Assembly: GCA_017447165.1 (NCBI GenBank)
Contig: JAFSOD010000004.1
Location: 179,267-243,266 of the forward strand
Source of the DNA: Bacilli bacterium
GTDB taxonomy: Bacteria; Bacillota_I; Bacilli_A; RFN20; CAG-826
DNA length: 64,000 nucleotides
Direction of reading: 5' to 3'
In this document: positions 45,653-55,840 of the stretch, piece by piece
Position numbering within the stretch: the first letter of the stretch is position 1
How the letters are laid out: every line of letters starts with the position of its first letter
The notes under the pieces: model-generated
Seen by the model: only the letters and a program-made list of their open reading frames with translations
Databases searched by the model: none
What the model was told of the DNA's origin: nothing
Position numbers and translations under genes: made by a program

Positions 45653-47674
45653 CTAGAAATCTTGAGCGTATAATTGACATCTGATTTGCACTATACCTGT
45701 ATAGTTATTGATATCAATCTTGTCTAACGCGGTGATTGAGACATAAGAATTTTTATCTTCTAAAAAGAAATTGTAGACATTCATAATGGTGTTATAAACG
45801 CGGTTAGTGAAGCCGTATTCTTCAAGTTGAGAAGCAAATACCGATAAATCTTCTAAAGCGACATTATAGTCATCAATATAGAAGTTTGTAGGTGTTCCTT
45901 GATAGAACTTATATAAAGGATTAGAAGAATTATAAGCAAAGTTAGTAACTCTAGTTACTTCGCCACCAAATAATAGTTCTGGTAAGACTCCTTCTCCAAC
46001 ATAATCTTGAATAAATCTGTTATATCTAGAAACAGTGTTCACCGAAGTAGTTTCGGATACCATATATTCAACATAGAATTCACCTTGAGGATAATAATAA
46101 CCATAGGTTCTTCCATTATATGATTCAGTTGGTAAGTGATAAGTCATATAGACATCGTAGTTAATGATTCTTAATCCTTTTTCAATGACATAGCGATAAT
46201 GACAATCATCATTACCTACTTGAATATAGTTAGCAGCAATTAATTTATTACGGTAAGACTCTCTTAAATCACCACAAGAATAATCTGTGACATATAAATA
46301 TGTCCCTTTATAATTTGTATCCGCATCAAAATACATTGAATAGGACACTCCATCAATGAACGGAGGGACAACTCCACCATAATAAGTTGTGAAATATTCA
46401 ATATCAGTCTCACTCCACTCAGTTGGGGCGACAAAGATAAAAGATGGATCTTCAATATAAGACTCTAATGTTTCATCAATGACTCCACCGACGGTGACAT
46501 TTAAAGTACATTTACCTGGCTCATTAACCATTTCCCCTTTTTCACTATCCCAATAGATAACTCCAAAGTTAACAATAAGATTAAACTTATTATTGGCTTT
46601 ATATTCTGCGATAATACTCTCTGGAGCTTCTAAGTTAGCGGTTTGAGAGTAACCAGTAAAGTTACATCCAGTAGCGATAGAATAATAATTAGTGGTTATA
46701 AATTTTGTATGATCTTTTTCATCTTGAACCCATTTTGCGTTTAAAACATTTTCTATTACGACATCATAGATGTCACTGGCCATATGTTCTAAGGAAGTGG
46801 TATAGAAACTACCAATAGATAAGGCTTCAGTTTCTGCTGATTTTCTAAAGACTACAAAGCCTTGGTCTTTTTGATAAATAAAGCCACCATAAAGACCTAA
46901 ATCTTCATCGTAGTTATAATATGCTTTGTTATTGAGGTTGAAGTATTTAGCCTTTAATCTCTCATCAGTGTGATAGAAGATATAGGATTCTAAATCAATC
47001 GTGTAATTATGGTTTTCTAAAACATCATAAACAAGATTAGAGAAGGCTATTCCTTCATCATTATCGCCAAATACAGAATCATCTAAACCTTCAGGTTCTC
47101 TAACATAGATTTCAAATGTATCGAATTTTCCATCGTACTTAACTTTAACGGTTCTCACTCCTACAGTAGAAAGATCTTCCGCTCCTTCAATCGTAGCGAG
47201 TTCACTGACATCGAGAATAGAACCATCAGAAAATCTAGCGGTTACCACCATTCCCGTTGGATCGAATTCGTCCCCTGGAAAATAGTTAGTTTTAGTAGGT
47301 AGAACATCAACATCCACGGATTTTAATGATTTCACTGAGCTTCTTTCTTGAACATAAATCATAAAAGAATCAGAACATCCTTCATAAGTAATAGTGACTT
47401 TTCTATCACCTTTAGATATGGTGGTCGCCCCTTCAATCGTGCAATCAAAGATATCGACTGGATTATGGTCGTTATTTTTATAATAGGCTTCTATTTCAAT
47501 TCCATCAAAATTCACAGAATCGTTAACGTAATAATTAACTTTATCTGGTTCTTTTAAAATGGAAATATGGTCTAACGCGGTTGGATCAACTGGTTCGGGA
47601 TTCTCTCCACAGGAGGTCATAATAAAAGGCATAGAGAGAAGGACAGATAAGATAAATGAAATCTTTTTTCTCAT
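45653..47674 (-). CDS. lipoprotein with two N-terminal Ig-like modules
   Basis: Lipobox IMTSCGE. I prefer the ATG at 47674 (SD aaggagg 7 nt upstream). Contains LDHISILKEPDKVNYYVND..FDGIEIEAYY and LKSVDVDVLPTKTNYFPGDEFDPTGMVVTARF modules. Confidence 0.65.
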   Translation of the reverse strand: MRKKISFILSVLLSMPFIMTSCGENPEPVDPTALDHISILKEPDKVNYYVNDSVNFDGIEIEAYYKNNDHNPVDIFDCTIEGATTISKGDRKVTITYEGCSDSFMIYVQERSSVKSLKSVDVDVLPTKTNYFPGDEFDPTGMVVTARFSDGSILDVSELATIEGAEDLSTVGVRTVKVKYDGKFDTFEIYVREPEGLDDSVFGDNDEGIAFSNLVYDVLENHNYTIDLESYIFYHTDERLKAKYFNLNNKAYYNYDEDLGLYGGFIYQKDQGFVVFRKSAETEALSIGSFYTTSLEHMASDIYDVVIENVLNAKWVQDEKDHTKFITTNYYSIATGCNFTGYSQTANLEAPESIIAEYKANNKFNLIVNFGVIYWDSEKGEMVNEPGKCTLNVTVGGVIDETLESYIEDPSFIFVAPTEWSETDIEYFTTYYGGVVPPFIDGVSYSMYFDADTNYKGTYLYVTDYSCGDLRESYRNKLIAANYIQVGNDDCHYRYVIEKGLRIINYDVYMTYHLPTESYNGRTYGYYYPQGEFYVEYMVSETTSVNTVSRYNRFIQDYVGEGVLPELLFGGEVTRVTNFAYNSSNPLYKFYQGTPTNFYIDDYNVALEDLSVFASQLEEYGFTNRVYNTIMNVYNFFLEDKNSYVSITALDKIDINNYTGIVQIRCQLYAQDF

Positions 47675-47854
47675 ATACACACCTCCTTGTTAATAAATAA
47701 GCAACTTTTAACCTTATATAATAAGTTAAGTTCTCTTTATTTTACACGAATTTTTAGAAAATGACACTAAAGTAAAATAAAAGAGAAACAATTAGTTCGT
47801 CTGAATCGCTTTTTTTGCTTCTCTTTAATTAAGTTATATTTATTAAAAAATTAA

Positions 47855-49129
47855 TTATCTAGAAAAATTCGTGGCATCAGTGTTTTGGGAGCTGTAATTA
47901 TAGAGTGTTACAGAGAAAACACCATTTGCATAGTTCCCAGTTATCTTTGTTGTATTTGCGACTGGAGTAGATGATGAAATCCTTAAATTACTATAGTCAC
48001 TGTTGGTTGTTGTACCCGTACCACTAGTTGTCTGCTTCGTTCCAAAATTTACAAACGTTAAGGTTATAACATTGCTTTCATTTATTGTAAATTTTAAATT
48101 CATTGAAGCTGTAATAGCACCATTAGGGAATGTCCCGTTAGTAGTTTTTCTAGTATAGGTAGCGGTTCCGTCCTGGTTAAATGTAAAAGAATATAAATAG
48201 TGATAAACACCACCAGTACCAATTTCTACTCTATAAGAGTAAATTGTATATTGGAACGTGTCTTCTCCCTCTTCAGATACATTAATTACATATTCATCTG
48301 ATCTAGTTATCCCGCCTTCAGTGTATGAAACAGTAATTGTTTTTTCTCCAGCTGAAGACATATCAGGTTTAGTGACTGATGTTGGGGAAACAGTCGCAAC
48401 ACTTTCATCACTATAAGTTGCAGTAACTGTTCCATCAAAATCAAATTCATCTCCAACTGTGTATTCTGTTGTTGCACCAGTTACTGAAATAGAATTTAAT
48501 GTTTTCACCACAACAGGCGATGGACTATTTGAACAAGAGTAATTAATAGTCAATGTGTTAATATATGCAGGCCACATTCCAGAATATGTGATTTTAACGT
48601 ATTTAGCGCCATCAACAGATGTGTTTGTTCCACCTGCACTAGCAATTGTGCCTGCTGATGTCCATGAACTGCCATCAGATGAAGTATATACGTCTAGATT
48701 CCTAGATGTTTTATCTGATGTCATTGAAATGCTTGAAATGTGTTGAAATTCAAATAAAGATTCATTGGTTGCGGAGGCGTTTCCTGTAGTAAACGTTATC
48801 TCAGGATCTTTAGATGGAGAGTCAGTAGTTCCTGGCATAATAGCAACATAAGAAGATTCAAGACTAATAGTTGTACCATTAACATTTCTTAAATAAAAAG
48901 TAGTCCCACCTGATGTAACGGTGCTTGTGTAATTATAATCTGATAAGCGTGTAACAAGAGTGCCTGTCTCACGGCTTATTGTAGCAGAATAATTTCTTGG
49001 ATCATTAGAATTAAGCCTATGGATAATAGATGAAATTGATATGCCGCCAGTTGCGTTAAATCCAGCTACTGCTACGGCAACAATAGATAATAATCCACCT
49101 ATACCAAATAAATACCCCTTGTGTTTCAT
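47855..49129 (-). CDS. secreted or anchored surface protein with one Ig-like module
   Basis: 424 aa. N-terminal hydrophobic signal/anchor and LNSISVTGATTEYTVGDEFDFDGTVTATYSD module. Confidence 0.6.
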   Translation of the reverse strand: MKHKGYLFGIGGLLSIVAVAVAGFNATGGISISSIIHRLNSNDPRNYSATISRETGTLVTRLSDYNYTSTVTSGGTTFYLRNVNGTTISLESSYVAIMPGTTDSPSKDPEITFTTGNASATNESLFEFQHISSISMTSDKTSRNLDVYTSSDGSSWTSAGTIASAGGTNTSVDGAKYVKITYSGMWPAYINTLTINYSCSNSPSPVVVKTLNSISVTGATTEYTVGDEFDFDGTVTATYSDESVATVSPTSVTKPDMSSAGEKTITVSYTEGGITRSDEYVINVSEEGEDTFQYTIYSYRVEIGTGGVYHYLYSFTFNQDGTATYTRKTTNGTFPNGAITASMNLKFTINESNVITLTFVNFGTKQTTSGTGTTTNSDYSNLRISSSTPVANTTKITGNYANGVFSVTLYNYSSQNTDATNFSR

Positions 49130-49145
49130 AAAAGTATCCCCCTAA

Positions 49146-49748
49146 TTATGCACTCAAGGAGCAATCATAAAATAATTCCACTGATGTAACGTATTTATGG
49201 AACCCGTTGTTACTAACAATTCTAAAGTAAGTAACAGGGGATGCAAACTCCACTTTAGATGGGCTTGAACTTACAGCTACAGCGTAATAATTAGAATCGC
49301 TATAGTTAATTCCATCATTTGAATATAAAACATACATTGTAGAAGATGCTGAAGTTTTAATCTTGATTCCTGTAACACCTTGGAAGCAAGCTAAAGATTC
49401 TCCTTCTTTATCATTAGAGAAATAAATATATTCAATAGCAATAGAAAATGTTCCATCGTTAATGTCAGAAACATAGTTAGTTCCTGAAATACTTGTGTCG
49501 TTTTCAGAAATTAAATAGTAAGTGTTTCCACGACTTGTAGTTCCGGATACACATGTTTTCTTGCCATCACCACTGATGTCATAGAATTCGCCAGTTGCTC
49601 TAGAAAATATAATTGAGTCACTAATTTCGTTTGATGCAACGCCTTTAAATAGAGTTTTGCTATTTGAAAGAGTGAAGACCATTCCCATGGCACCTAAAGC
49701 CATAGCAGATGTTGTAGTAATAATTAATGTTTTCTTTTTTGCGTTCAT
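49146..49748 (-). CDS. secreted protein, paralogous to the N-terminal domain of the 47855-49129 product
   Basis: I prefer the start MNAKKKTLIITTT at 49748 (SD taggagg). The two share the ...YF/YVKI...Y(V/I)(T/N)(S/T)(V/L)...Y(D/S)CS ending. Confidence 0.55.
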   Translation of the reverse strand: MNAKKKTLIITTTSAMALGAMGMVFTLSNSKTLFKGVASNEISDSIIFSRATGEFYDISGDGKKTCVSGTTSRGNTYYLISENDTSISGTNYVSDINDGTFSIAIEYIYFSNDKEGESLACFQGVTGIKIKTSASSTMYVLYSNDGINYSDSNYYAVAVSSSPSKVEFASPVTYFRIVSNNGFHKYVTSVELFYDCSLSA

Positions 49749-49906
49749 AGTTTCCAACCTCCTATTATACGCGCGTATACACGAAGTCCGGGTAAATCCC
49801 GGAATTTGTATATTTGAGCAAGAGTGTAGCATTTATAAGAAAAAAAAGTCAACAAAAATAACCTATTTATACATATAAAATATTAGATTAAATATATATT
49901 TAAAAA

Positions 49907-50593
49907 TTAACTAAAAAATGGACAAAGAATATTAAATATTCCAATAAATTGAATAACCGCTGCGACTAAAATAAAGATGTGGAAATAGACATGAAACCAT
50001 TTGTTTTTCTTGCCTATTGCATATGAGATTGCTCCCACCGTATAGACAAGTCCACCACAAAAGATGAAGATAAAAACAGTAAAGTCTAAAACTTGCTTAA
50101 AAGGGTAGAAAAATATCACTGCCCAACCTTGAATGATATAGATGATATAGCCAATTAAGTCACATTTCTTGTTTCCTAAACCAAAAATAGTGATAAAGAA
50201 ACCAGCTATAGCAAGTGACCACTGAATCACAATTAAAGCGATTGAGATTGATTGATCAGAAATCGCTCTTAAACATATTGGAGTGTAGGTTCCAGCAACA
50301 AATAAATAGATACCACAATGGTCAAAAACTCGACAGATCACCCGTATTTTGCTATTTTGAGGGCATGAATGATATAAAGTTGAATTCATAAAAACCATAA
50401 ACATAAATAAAAAGTAAATATAAAAAGGATACATATATCTAAAACTGAGATTATGTTTAACTTGGATGGTGATTAGTATCCCTAAAACCGCAAAGGAAAA
50501 CACTACCCCTAGTAAGTGTGTAATTGAGTTCCATAGTTCTTGTTTATTTGTATATTGAGGTAGTGCTCTATTCATAAGACCACTACTATACAC
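49907..50593 (-). CDS. hemolysin III / PAQR-family membrane protein
   Basis: 228 aa with 7 TM helices and motifs NSITHLLG, YHSC, DHCGIYLFVAGTYTP and HVYFHIFILVA. Confidence 0.85.
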   Translation of the reverse strand: MYSSGLMNRALPQYTNKQELWNSITHLLGVVFSFAVLGILITIQVKHNLSFRYMYPFYIYFLFMFMVFMNSTLYHSCPQNSKIRVICRVFDHCGIYLFVAGTYTPICLRAISDQSISIALIVIQWSLAIAGFFITIFGLGNKKCDLIGYIIYIIQGWAVIFFYPFKQVLDFTVFIFIFCGGLVYTVGAISYAIGKKNKWFHVYFHIFILVAAVIQFIGIFNILCPFFS

Positions 50594-50654
50594 CTTTATT
50601 TTGTAAAATCAAAAAAAATATGTGGCTAGTTCATTACTTTTCCACATATTATTT

Positions 50655-51095
50655 TTATTCAATCACAGCAGGATGCTGTTTAGACATTAGTTCATTTGCT
50701 TGTTTCACTGAAAATACATGCATTCCACAATTCTTAAACCCTTTTTTATCATTTGTTACAATTGCATCAGCGAGTATTTCCTTTGCTGCAGTTATTTGAA
50801 GTTCATCCTCATAATCATTATTCTCGGAGTAAAGAGCTTCAATTGCTGCGTCTGCGCTTGTATCACAGATTTTACTTACAATATCATAAGTTTTAATTTG
50901 AATATCTCTAGAAAGATTACTGTCATGTAGCTTTTGTTGGGCAACATATCCGATATCTCTCATCGACATCGATGTAACATATATTTCGTTTCTTAATCGA
51001 TAACAATATTGGAAGAATAATCTAGCATCAATTCTACTTTCATCATTCCTAACAAAAAAATCTAAAAACACATTTGTATCAACTAAAAACCGCAT
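50655..51095 (-). CDS. PIN-domain toxin (VapC-like)
   Basis: 146 aa with MRFLVDTNVFLDF at the N-terminus and acidic residues spaced as in PIN domains (D...E...D..TND). Overlaps the upstream antitoxin gene by 13 nt. Confidence 0.75.
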   Translation of the reverse strand: MRFLVDTNVFLDFFVRNDESRIDARLFFQYCYRLRNEIYVTSMSMRDIGYVAQQKLHDSNLSRDIQIKTYDIVSKICDTSADAAIEALYSENNDYEDELQITAAKEILADAIVTNDKKGFKNCGMHVFSVKQANELMSKQHPAVIE

Positions 51096-51319
51096 TTTTT
51101 CTTAATTTCCCTTCCAATAATTTCATCATATTCTTCATCGCTGTAATTATCAGAAAGACATCCTTCTAATTCCATAAATTTAGCAAAGCTTTTATCTCTT
51201 GTATTGGTAATAATGGCAATACTCTTTCCATTTTTTGTTACACAAATATCCTCTTTACTAGATAATTCAAGATAATAACTTAAATTATTTTTTAATTCAG
51301 TTGAAGTTATTCTGCGCAT
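51083..51319 (-). CDS. Phd/YefM-like antitoxin
   Basis: 78 aa; ITSTELKNNLSYYLELSSKEDICVTKNGKSIAIITN is a typical Phd/YefM N-domain. Confidence 0.7.
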   Translation of the reverse strand: MRRITSTELKNNLSYYLELSSKEDICVTKNGKSIAIITNTRDKSFAKFMELEGCLSDNYSDEEYDEIIGREIKKKCGF

Positions 51320-51410
51320 TATTAATTACCTCAAATATATTGTACAATATCAAAATAAAAATATGTACATTTTTTCAATAATATTTTGTACATATTCTTA
51401 ACTATTTAAA

Positions 51411-51737
51411 TCATTCGAATTTTAATCCGGCGACATGACTGACAGGAAGGGCAAACACAATGCCTTGTCCTTTTGTTTCAATTCCTGCAACTTTATTAAC
51501 CGCCGACATAACTGCGTCTCTAATTGATTCATTAACTAGGATATAAAGCATTTCTTTAGAAGGAGTTATAACAACACCATATTTCTTTTCCATTTCTTTA
51601 TTAGCGGTGCCTCTAGCGTGAAGAATGGTACCACCTCTAGCTCCTACTTCTCTAGCAGCGTCCATGATGATATCACTATATCCTTCGTTAACAATGACCA
51701 CGATAACTTCGTGTTTATTAGTTTTCTTTTCTGCCAT
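51411..51737 (-). CDS. PII-like signal-transduction protein (short form)
   Basis: 108 aa with ferredoxin-like beta-alpha-beta layout and a GARGGTILHARGT loop resembling a PII T-loop region. Confidence 0.6.
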   Translation of the reverse strand: MAEKKTNKHEVIVVIVNEGYSDIIMDAAREVGARGGTILHARGTANKEMEKKYGVVITPSKEMLYILVNESIRDAVMSAVNKVAGIETKGQGIVFALPVSHVAGLKFE

Positions 51738-51738
51738 A

Positions 51739-52131
51739 TTATCCCCTCACAGTCTGAGTGAAAAATTTATATAATTTCACTCCCATAAATGAATCTAAAT
51801 CAATTGCAAAGCCAACCCCAGCATTTCTTTTGCTGGCAACAAAATAAGCTTCTAATTCTTTTTGTAAATCTGAAATATAATCTTCTCTAATCAAGGTATA
51901 TATCACTTCTTTACGATTGTCATCGATATTTAAAATATCTCTAATTTTATTAGTCGCTGTCCCTTCTCCAGCTTGAATAAATTGAGCGGTTGAATGATTA
52001 GCTTTTAAAATCCTGACTATGTTATCACCTTGACCAAAATTCACAATCACCACATAAAAGACGAGTTTCTTTAACTCATTTCTTTCTTCAAATGGAGTGT
52101 ACTTTGTTTCTACTTTCTTTACTTTTTTCAT
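51739..52131 (-). CDS. PII-like protein, divergent paralog
   Basis: 130 aa; VVIVNFGQGDNIVRILK...AGEGTATNKIRDIL parallels the neighbouring PII-like protein. Confidence 0.5.
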   Translation of the reverse strand: MKKVKKVETKYTPFEERNELKKLVFYVVIVNFGQGDNIVRILKANHSTAQFIQAGEGTATNKIRDILNIDDNRKEVIYTLIREDYISDLQKELEAYFVASKRNAGVGFAIDLDSFMGVKLYKFFTQTVRG

Positions 52132-52139
52132 AGCTATAT

Positions 52140-53732
52140 TTAATTAAAATGAATAATTTCATTATTCCTTGAATCTGTTAATTGTTCACGCATAACTTTA
52201 AGAGCGTACATTGTCTTAAACTTACTCATTAAACCTAATAATTGTATCGCGATAATTGGTGTTAAGGCAATTAAGGCCACAACACCAAAAGAAGTCTCAT
52301 AGAAACTAATATCAGACGTATATCCAGATCTCACGGAATATATACCGATAATTAAAGGTAAAACAAAGGATACCGCCATCGGACCAGAAGCTGTTCCACC
52401 AGAGTCAAATGCAATCGCGGAATATAAATCTGGGACAGCAAACATTAATAATAAAGATATTAAATATCCTGGAACCACTATATACATAATAGAGAACGAA
52501 TATAATGTTCTAATAACAGATAAGAAAATAGCTAAACCAACACCGATAGAAAGCGTTAATAAAACTGTTCTTTTCTTTAATTGACCATCACTTATATTCT
52601 CAATTTGTGTTGTTAATACATGAACTGCAGGTTCACACAAGATAGTGACCATACCAATAATAAAGGCAATAATAATGATCACATAATTTTCTTGTCCTGC
52701 TAATTGTTTCCCTACTAGTAATCCAATAGGAGACATAGCAGCGCTAACAGCCGTCAAGAATAAAGATAAACCAATAAAAGCAAAGCCAAAACCAATAAAT
52801 AATTGACCAATTTTCTTTGCCGGCAATTTAATAAATATAGCTTCATAAATAAAGAAGATTATTAAAATAGGCGCTAAAGCCATAAGCACTTCTATTAATG
52901 CTCCTAAATGTGAAGCGCCACTAGGAATTAATGCATGTAAGAAATTACCAAAAATATCTAATTCACTTGCTGGAACAGTTGCACTAACTGTATATGGTTC
53001 AAAAGCTGCTGGTTTAACTAAAATTAAGATAACCATAGTAAGAATTGGACCAATTGAAGCAAGTCCAACTAAACCAAAGGAACTATCACGAGATTTTCCA
53101 CCACCTCTAACCATAGCAACTCCAGCTCCTAAAGCTAGAATAAATGGAACAGTTGCACTACCGGTTGTCACTCCACCTGCATCAAAAATGAAAGGAAGAT
53201 AAACAGCGTTCCTTGGATCTATTTGTAACAAGCAAATAAATAAGAAGACAATCAAATAAAATAATACGTACCAAAGTTTTAAAGATTTATTAAAAACTAT
53301 TCTTAATAAACCAAAAACAACAAAGATACCAACTCCAATTGCGATAGAGCCAATAAGTAGCCAATTAGGAATACCTACTTGACCAGCAACAATTAAAATA
53401 CTAGGTTCAGCGCAAGTAATTAAAGCTCCTAATAAAAAAGCAAAGATAATCACTATCCAAAGATTTTTTTGTTTTGATAATGAAGTACCCATATATTCGC
53501 CAACTTTAATTAAACTTTTAGATGCTCCAATTGAAAATAGAGTTAAACCAAAAATCATCACAAAAGCGCCAACTAAAAGAAGTATATAATATTGCCATCC
53601 TAATCCAGACTTGGTAAATGTATCGCCTATAGGAGCTAAATTAGACAAAGATAAAATAATAACGATAATAACAATAGGTAATATCGATAGAGACGATGTT
53701 AATAAGGAATTTAAAAATCTATTTTTGCTCAT
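52140..53732 (-). CDS. DUF1538-family multi-pass membrane permease
   Basis: 530 aa with an internally duplicated Gly-rich polytopic membrane layout (FDAGGVTTGSATVPF and FDSGGTASGPMAVSF). The family name is from memory. Confidence 0.6.
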   Translation of the reverse strand: MSKNRFLNSLLTSSLSILPIVIIVIILSLSNLAPIGDTFTKSGLGWQYYILLLVGAFVMIFGLTLFSIGASKSLIKVGEYMGTSLSKQKNLWIVIIFAFLLGALITCAEPSILIVAGQVGIPNWLLIGSIAIGVGIFVVFGLLRIVFNKSLKLWYVLFYLIVFLFICLLQIDPRNAVYLPFIFDAGGVTTGSATVPFILALGAGVAMVRGGGKSRDSSFGLVGLASIGPILTMVILILVKPAAFEPYTVSATVPASELDIFGNFLHALIPSGASHLGALIEVLMALAPILIIFFIYEAIFIKLPAKKIGQLFIGFGFAFIGLSLFLTAVSAAMSPIGLLVGKQLAGQENYVIIIIAFIIGMVTILCEPAVHVLTTQIENISDGQLKKRTVLLTLSIGVGLAIFLSVIRTLYSFSIMYIVVPGYLISLLLMFAVPDLYSAIAFDSGGTASGPMAVSFVLPLIIGIYSVRSGYTSDISFYETSFGVVALIALTPIIAIQLLGLMSKFKTMYALKVMREQLTDSRNNEIIHFN

Positions 53733-53747
53733 GGTCGATAAATTATA

Positions 53748-54674
53748 CTATTTTATTTTTAGATTGGGGAACAAAGTTTGGAATTCTTTCGGAATAGGAG
53801 CTTTAAACTTCATCTCTTTGCCAGTAAAAGGATGCTTTAAAATTAGCTCATAAGCATGTAATCCAAGACGTTTAATTGGATTAGTAGGATTACCATACTT
53901 ATCGTCACCAATGACATTATGACTAATGTCTCCTAAATGGACTCTGATTTGGTTTTTTCTTCCTGAATCGATGTGAACATCTAGAAAAGAATAATTCTCA
54001 GTTTCCGCTAAAACTTTATAGTGGGTAACCGCGTATTGTCCATCTCCAGCTTTTTTGGAAGAATACATCATGTTTTGTGCATTTTTCTTTAAATATGAAG
54101 TCAAAGTGCCACTTTTTTTGTCTAATTTGCCATCCACTATCGCATAATAGCCTCTGGAAGAAACTAGATCGTTCCACTTATCTTGAAGGGCATCTCTAAG
54201 CTTTTCATTTTTCGCCACCATCAAAACTCCTGAGGTATCTTCATCTAATCTATGAACGACGTAAATTCGATTATGTTTATCCTTTTGTTGAACATAGTCA
54301 GTTAACATACGATAAGCAGTTGAACCCTTCTCTTTATCACTAGCGATACTGAGTAATCCACTAGGTTTATTAATGACGATAATTTCATCGTTTTCAAAAA
54401 TGATTGGTAAGTTACTTCTTGTCTTTTTATGAATAGGGGTTTTTGAGATAATAACCACATCTCCCTTGGTGAGTTTAAAGTTATATTGAGAAATAGGTGC
54501 CCCGTCCACTGACACTCGATGATTAGTTAAAATAGACTTTACAGAATTACGAGATTGTCCTTTTAAAGTTTCCAAAAGAAATTCTAAAAGTTCACAGTTT
54601 TTTGTTACTGGGTATTCCCTTATATCTTTATAGTCCTTTGATCTATGTTCAAATCTCTTTTTATTTTTATTCAT
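53748..54674 (-). CDS. RluA/RluD-family pseudouridine synthase with N-terminal S4 domain
   Basis: 308 aa with catalytic motif HRLDEDTSGVLMVAKN and RKNQIRVH. Confidence 0.85.
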   Translation of the reverse strand: MNKNKKRFEHRSKDYKDIREYPVTKNCELLEFLLETLKGQSRNSVKSILTNHRVSVDGAPISQYNFKLTKGDVVIISKTPIHKKTRSNLPIIFENDEIIVINKPSGLLSIASDKEKGSTAYRMLTDYVQQKDKHNRIYVVHRLDEDTSGVLMVAKNEKLRDALQDKWNDLVSSRGYYAIVDGKLDKKSGTLTSYLKKNAQNMMYSSKKAGDGQYAVTHYKVLAETENYSFLDVHIDSGRKNQIRVHLGDISHNVIGDDKYGNPTNPIKRLGLHAYELILKHPFTGKEMKFKAPIPKEFQTLFPNLKIK

Positions 54675-55542
54675 AAATCTTTCTTTTAATCATTAAAGCG
54701 TATTCTTTAGCGACATTAATACCAGTCACTTTTTCAAATTCTTCAAAGAAGGCATTAGAGTTAATCTCACATAAGATTGGCTCTCCACTTTCTAGGAACA
54801 TGAAATCTATTCCAGCGTATTCAATATCTAGCTCTTTAGCGATATACTCCGCGAGTTTAAAACATTGATCTCCTTCTTTAAGAGGTCTAGAAGAGGCGTT
54901 ATCTCCAAAGTTACTTCTAAAATCAGTTTTGTTATATCGGATAAAGCCGCCTACTACTTGTTTATCTATGATAATGACTCTCGCGGACACTCCATAGGAG
55001 CTACCAACATATTTTTGAAATAAGATTGGGGCCCTACAATGTTCTTTATAAGCTTCGATTAGTTCTTCTTTAGTTTTAATGAGATACACTCCTAAGCCTA
55101 ATGAACCATACACTCTTTTAAGAATTAAAGGTAATCCAAGTTTATCGATTACGTCATCTAAAAACTCTAGATTCTCCTCTTTTAATTCAGGAGAATAAAA
55201 TAATGGTCCAGTAATCGTGTCTGGCATTTTAATGCCTTTAGAGGCACAAGCAATATTAGTTAAAGCCTTATCATCACATAGTTTGATAAAGTCCGCTTTA
55301 TTAAATAAACGGTATCCCACTTTTTCTAATATTCTAGCAAGATAAATATCTTTATCTAAGTAGATAACAAAATCACATTTAGGAAGATTTACCACTAATT
55401 CATTATCCTTAATCATCGCTAAAGTGCCATCATTAACAAAAACATCTAAGGAGATATCTAACTTAGAAAATTCTTCCTTGTATCTTTTGATTTTATAGGC
55501 GTTATGGCCTAGTTCTTGATTAATAATAATGATTCCGTTCAT
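54667..55542 (-). CDS. RimK/LysX-like ATP-grasp ligase
   Basis: 291 aa with ATP-grasp pattern PLILKRVYGSLGLGVYLIKT...QKYV...AGIDFMF...CEINSN. Confidence 0.7.
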   Translation of the reverse strand: MNGIIIINQELGHNAYKIKRYKEEFSKLDISLDVFVNDGTLAMIKDNELVVNLPKCDFVIYLDKDIYLARILEKVGYRLFNKADFIKLCDDKALTNIACASKGIKMPDTITGPLFYSPELKEENLEFLDDVIDKLGLPLILKRVYGSLGLGVYLIKTKEELIEAYKEHCRAPILFQKYVGSSYGVSARVIIIDKQVVGGFIRYNKTDFRSNFGDNASSRPLKEGDQCFKLAEYIAKELDIEYAGIDFMFLESGEPILCEINSNAFFEEFEKVTGINVAKEYALMIKRKIYE

Positions 55543-55840
55543 ACCAAATTAATTATATTGGAGTTGTATTATATAATACAATCTCAAATTTGGCCATTCT
55601 ATTTATTAGAGTCACCAAAAAGGTCTTAAACCATAAGGCATAGTACCGAACCCTTATTTAAAATGTAAATCAAGTATTACGGTAAATATATAGGAAACAC
55701 CCCTATCAAAATCAAATCTTAAAAATACTGGTAAATATATATTTATAATAAAGGGTGTTTGGTATAGAATTAATACATCGAAACGTTTGTTTGTTTTATA
55801 AAGTCGATGTTTTCATCGATTTTGTTAATGGAGGATTTTT

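Noticed and set aside
41317-49748. Diversity-generating retroelement acting on the surface proteins
   Set aside because: There is no reverse transcriptase gene, and I could find no template/variable repeat pair with A-specific mismatches.
55543-55840. Regulatory RNA or iterons in the rimK-like / 85-aa ORF divergent gap (ggtaaatatata x2, aaacaccc/gggtgttt inverted pair, atcgat repeats)
   Set aside because: The repeats are short and AT-rich, and no riboswitch or T-box consensus is recognisable. This is too weak to call from sequence alone.
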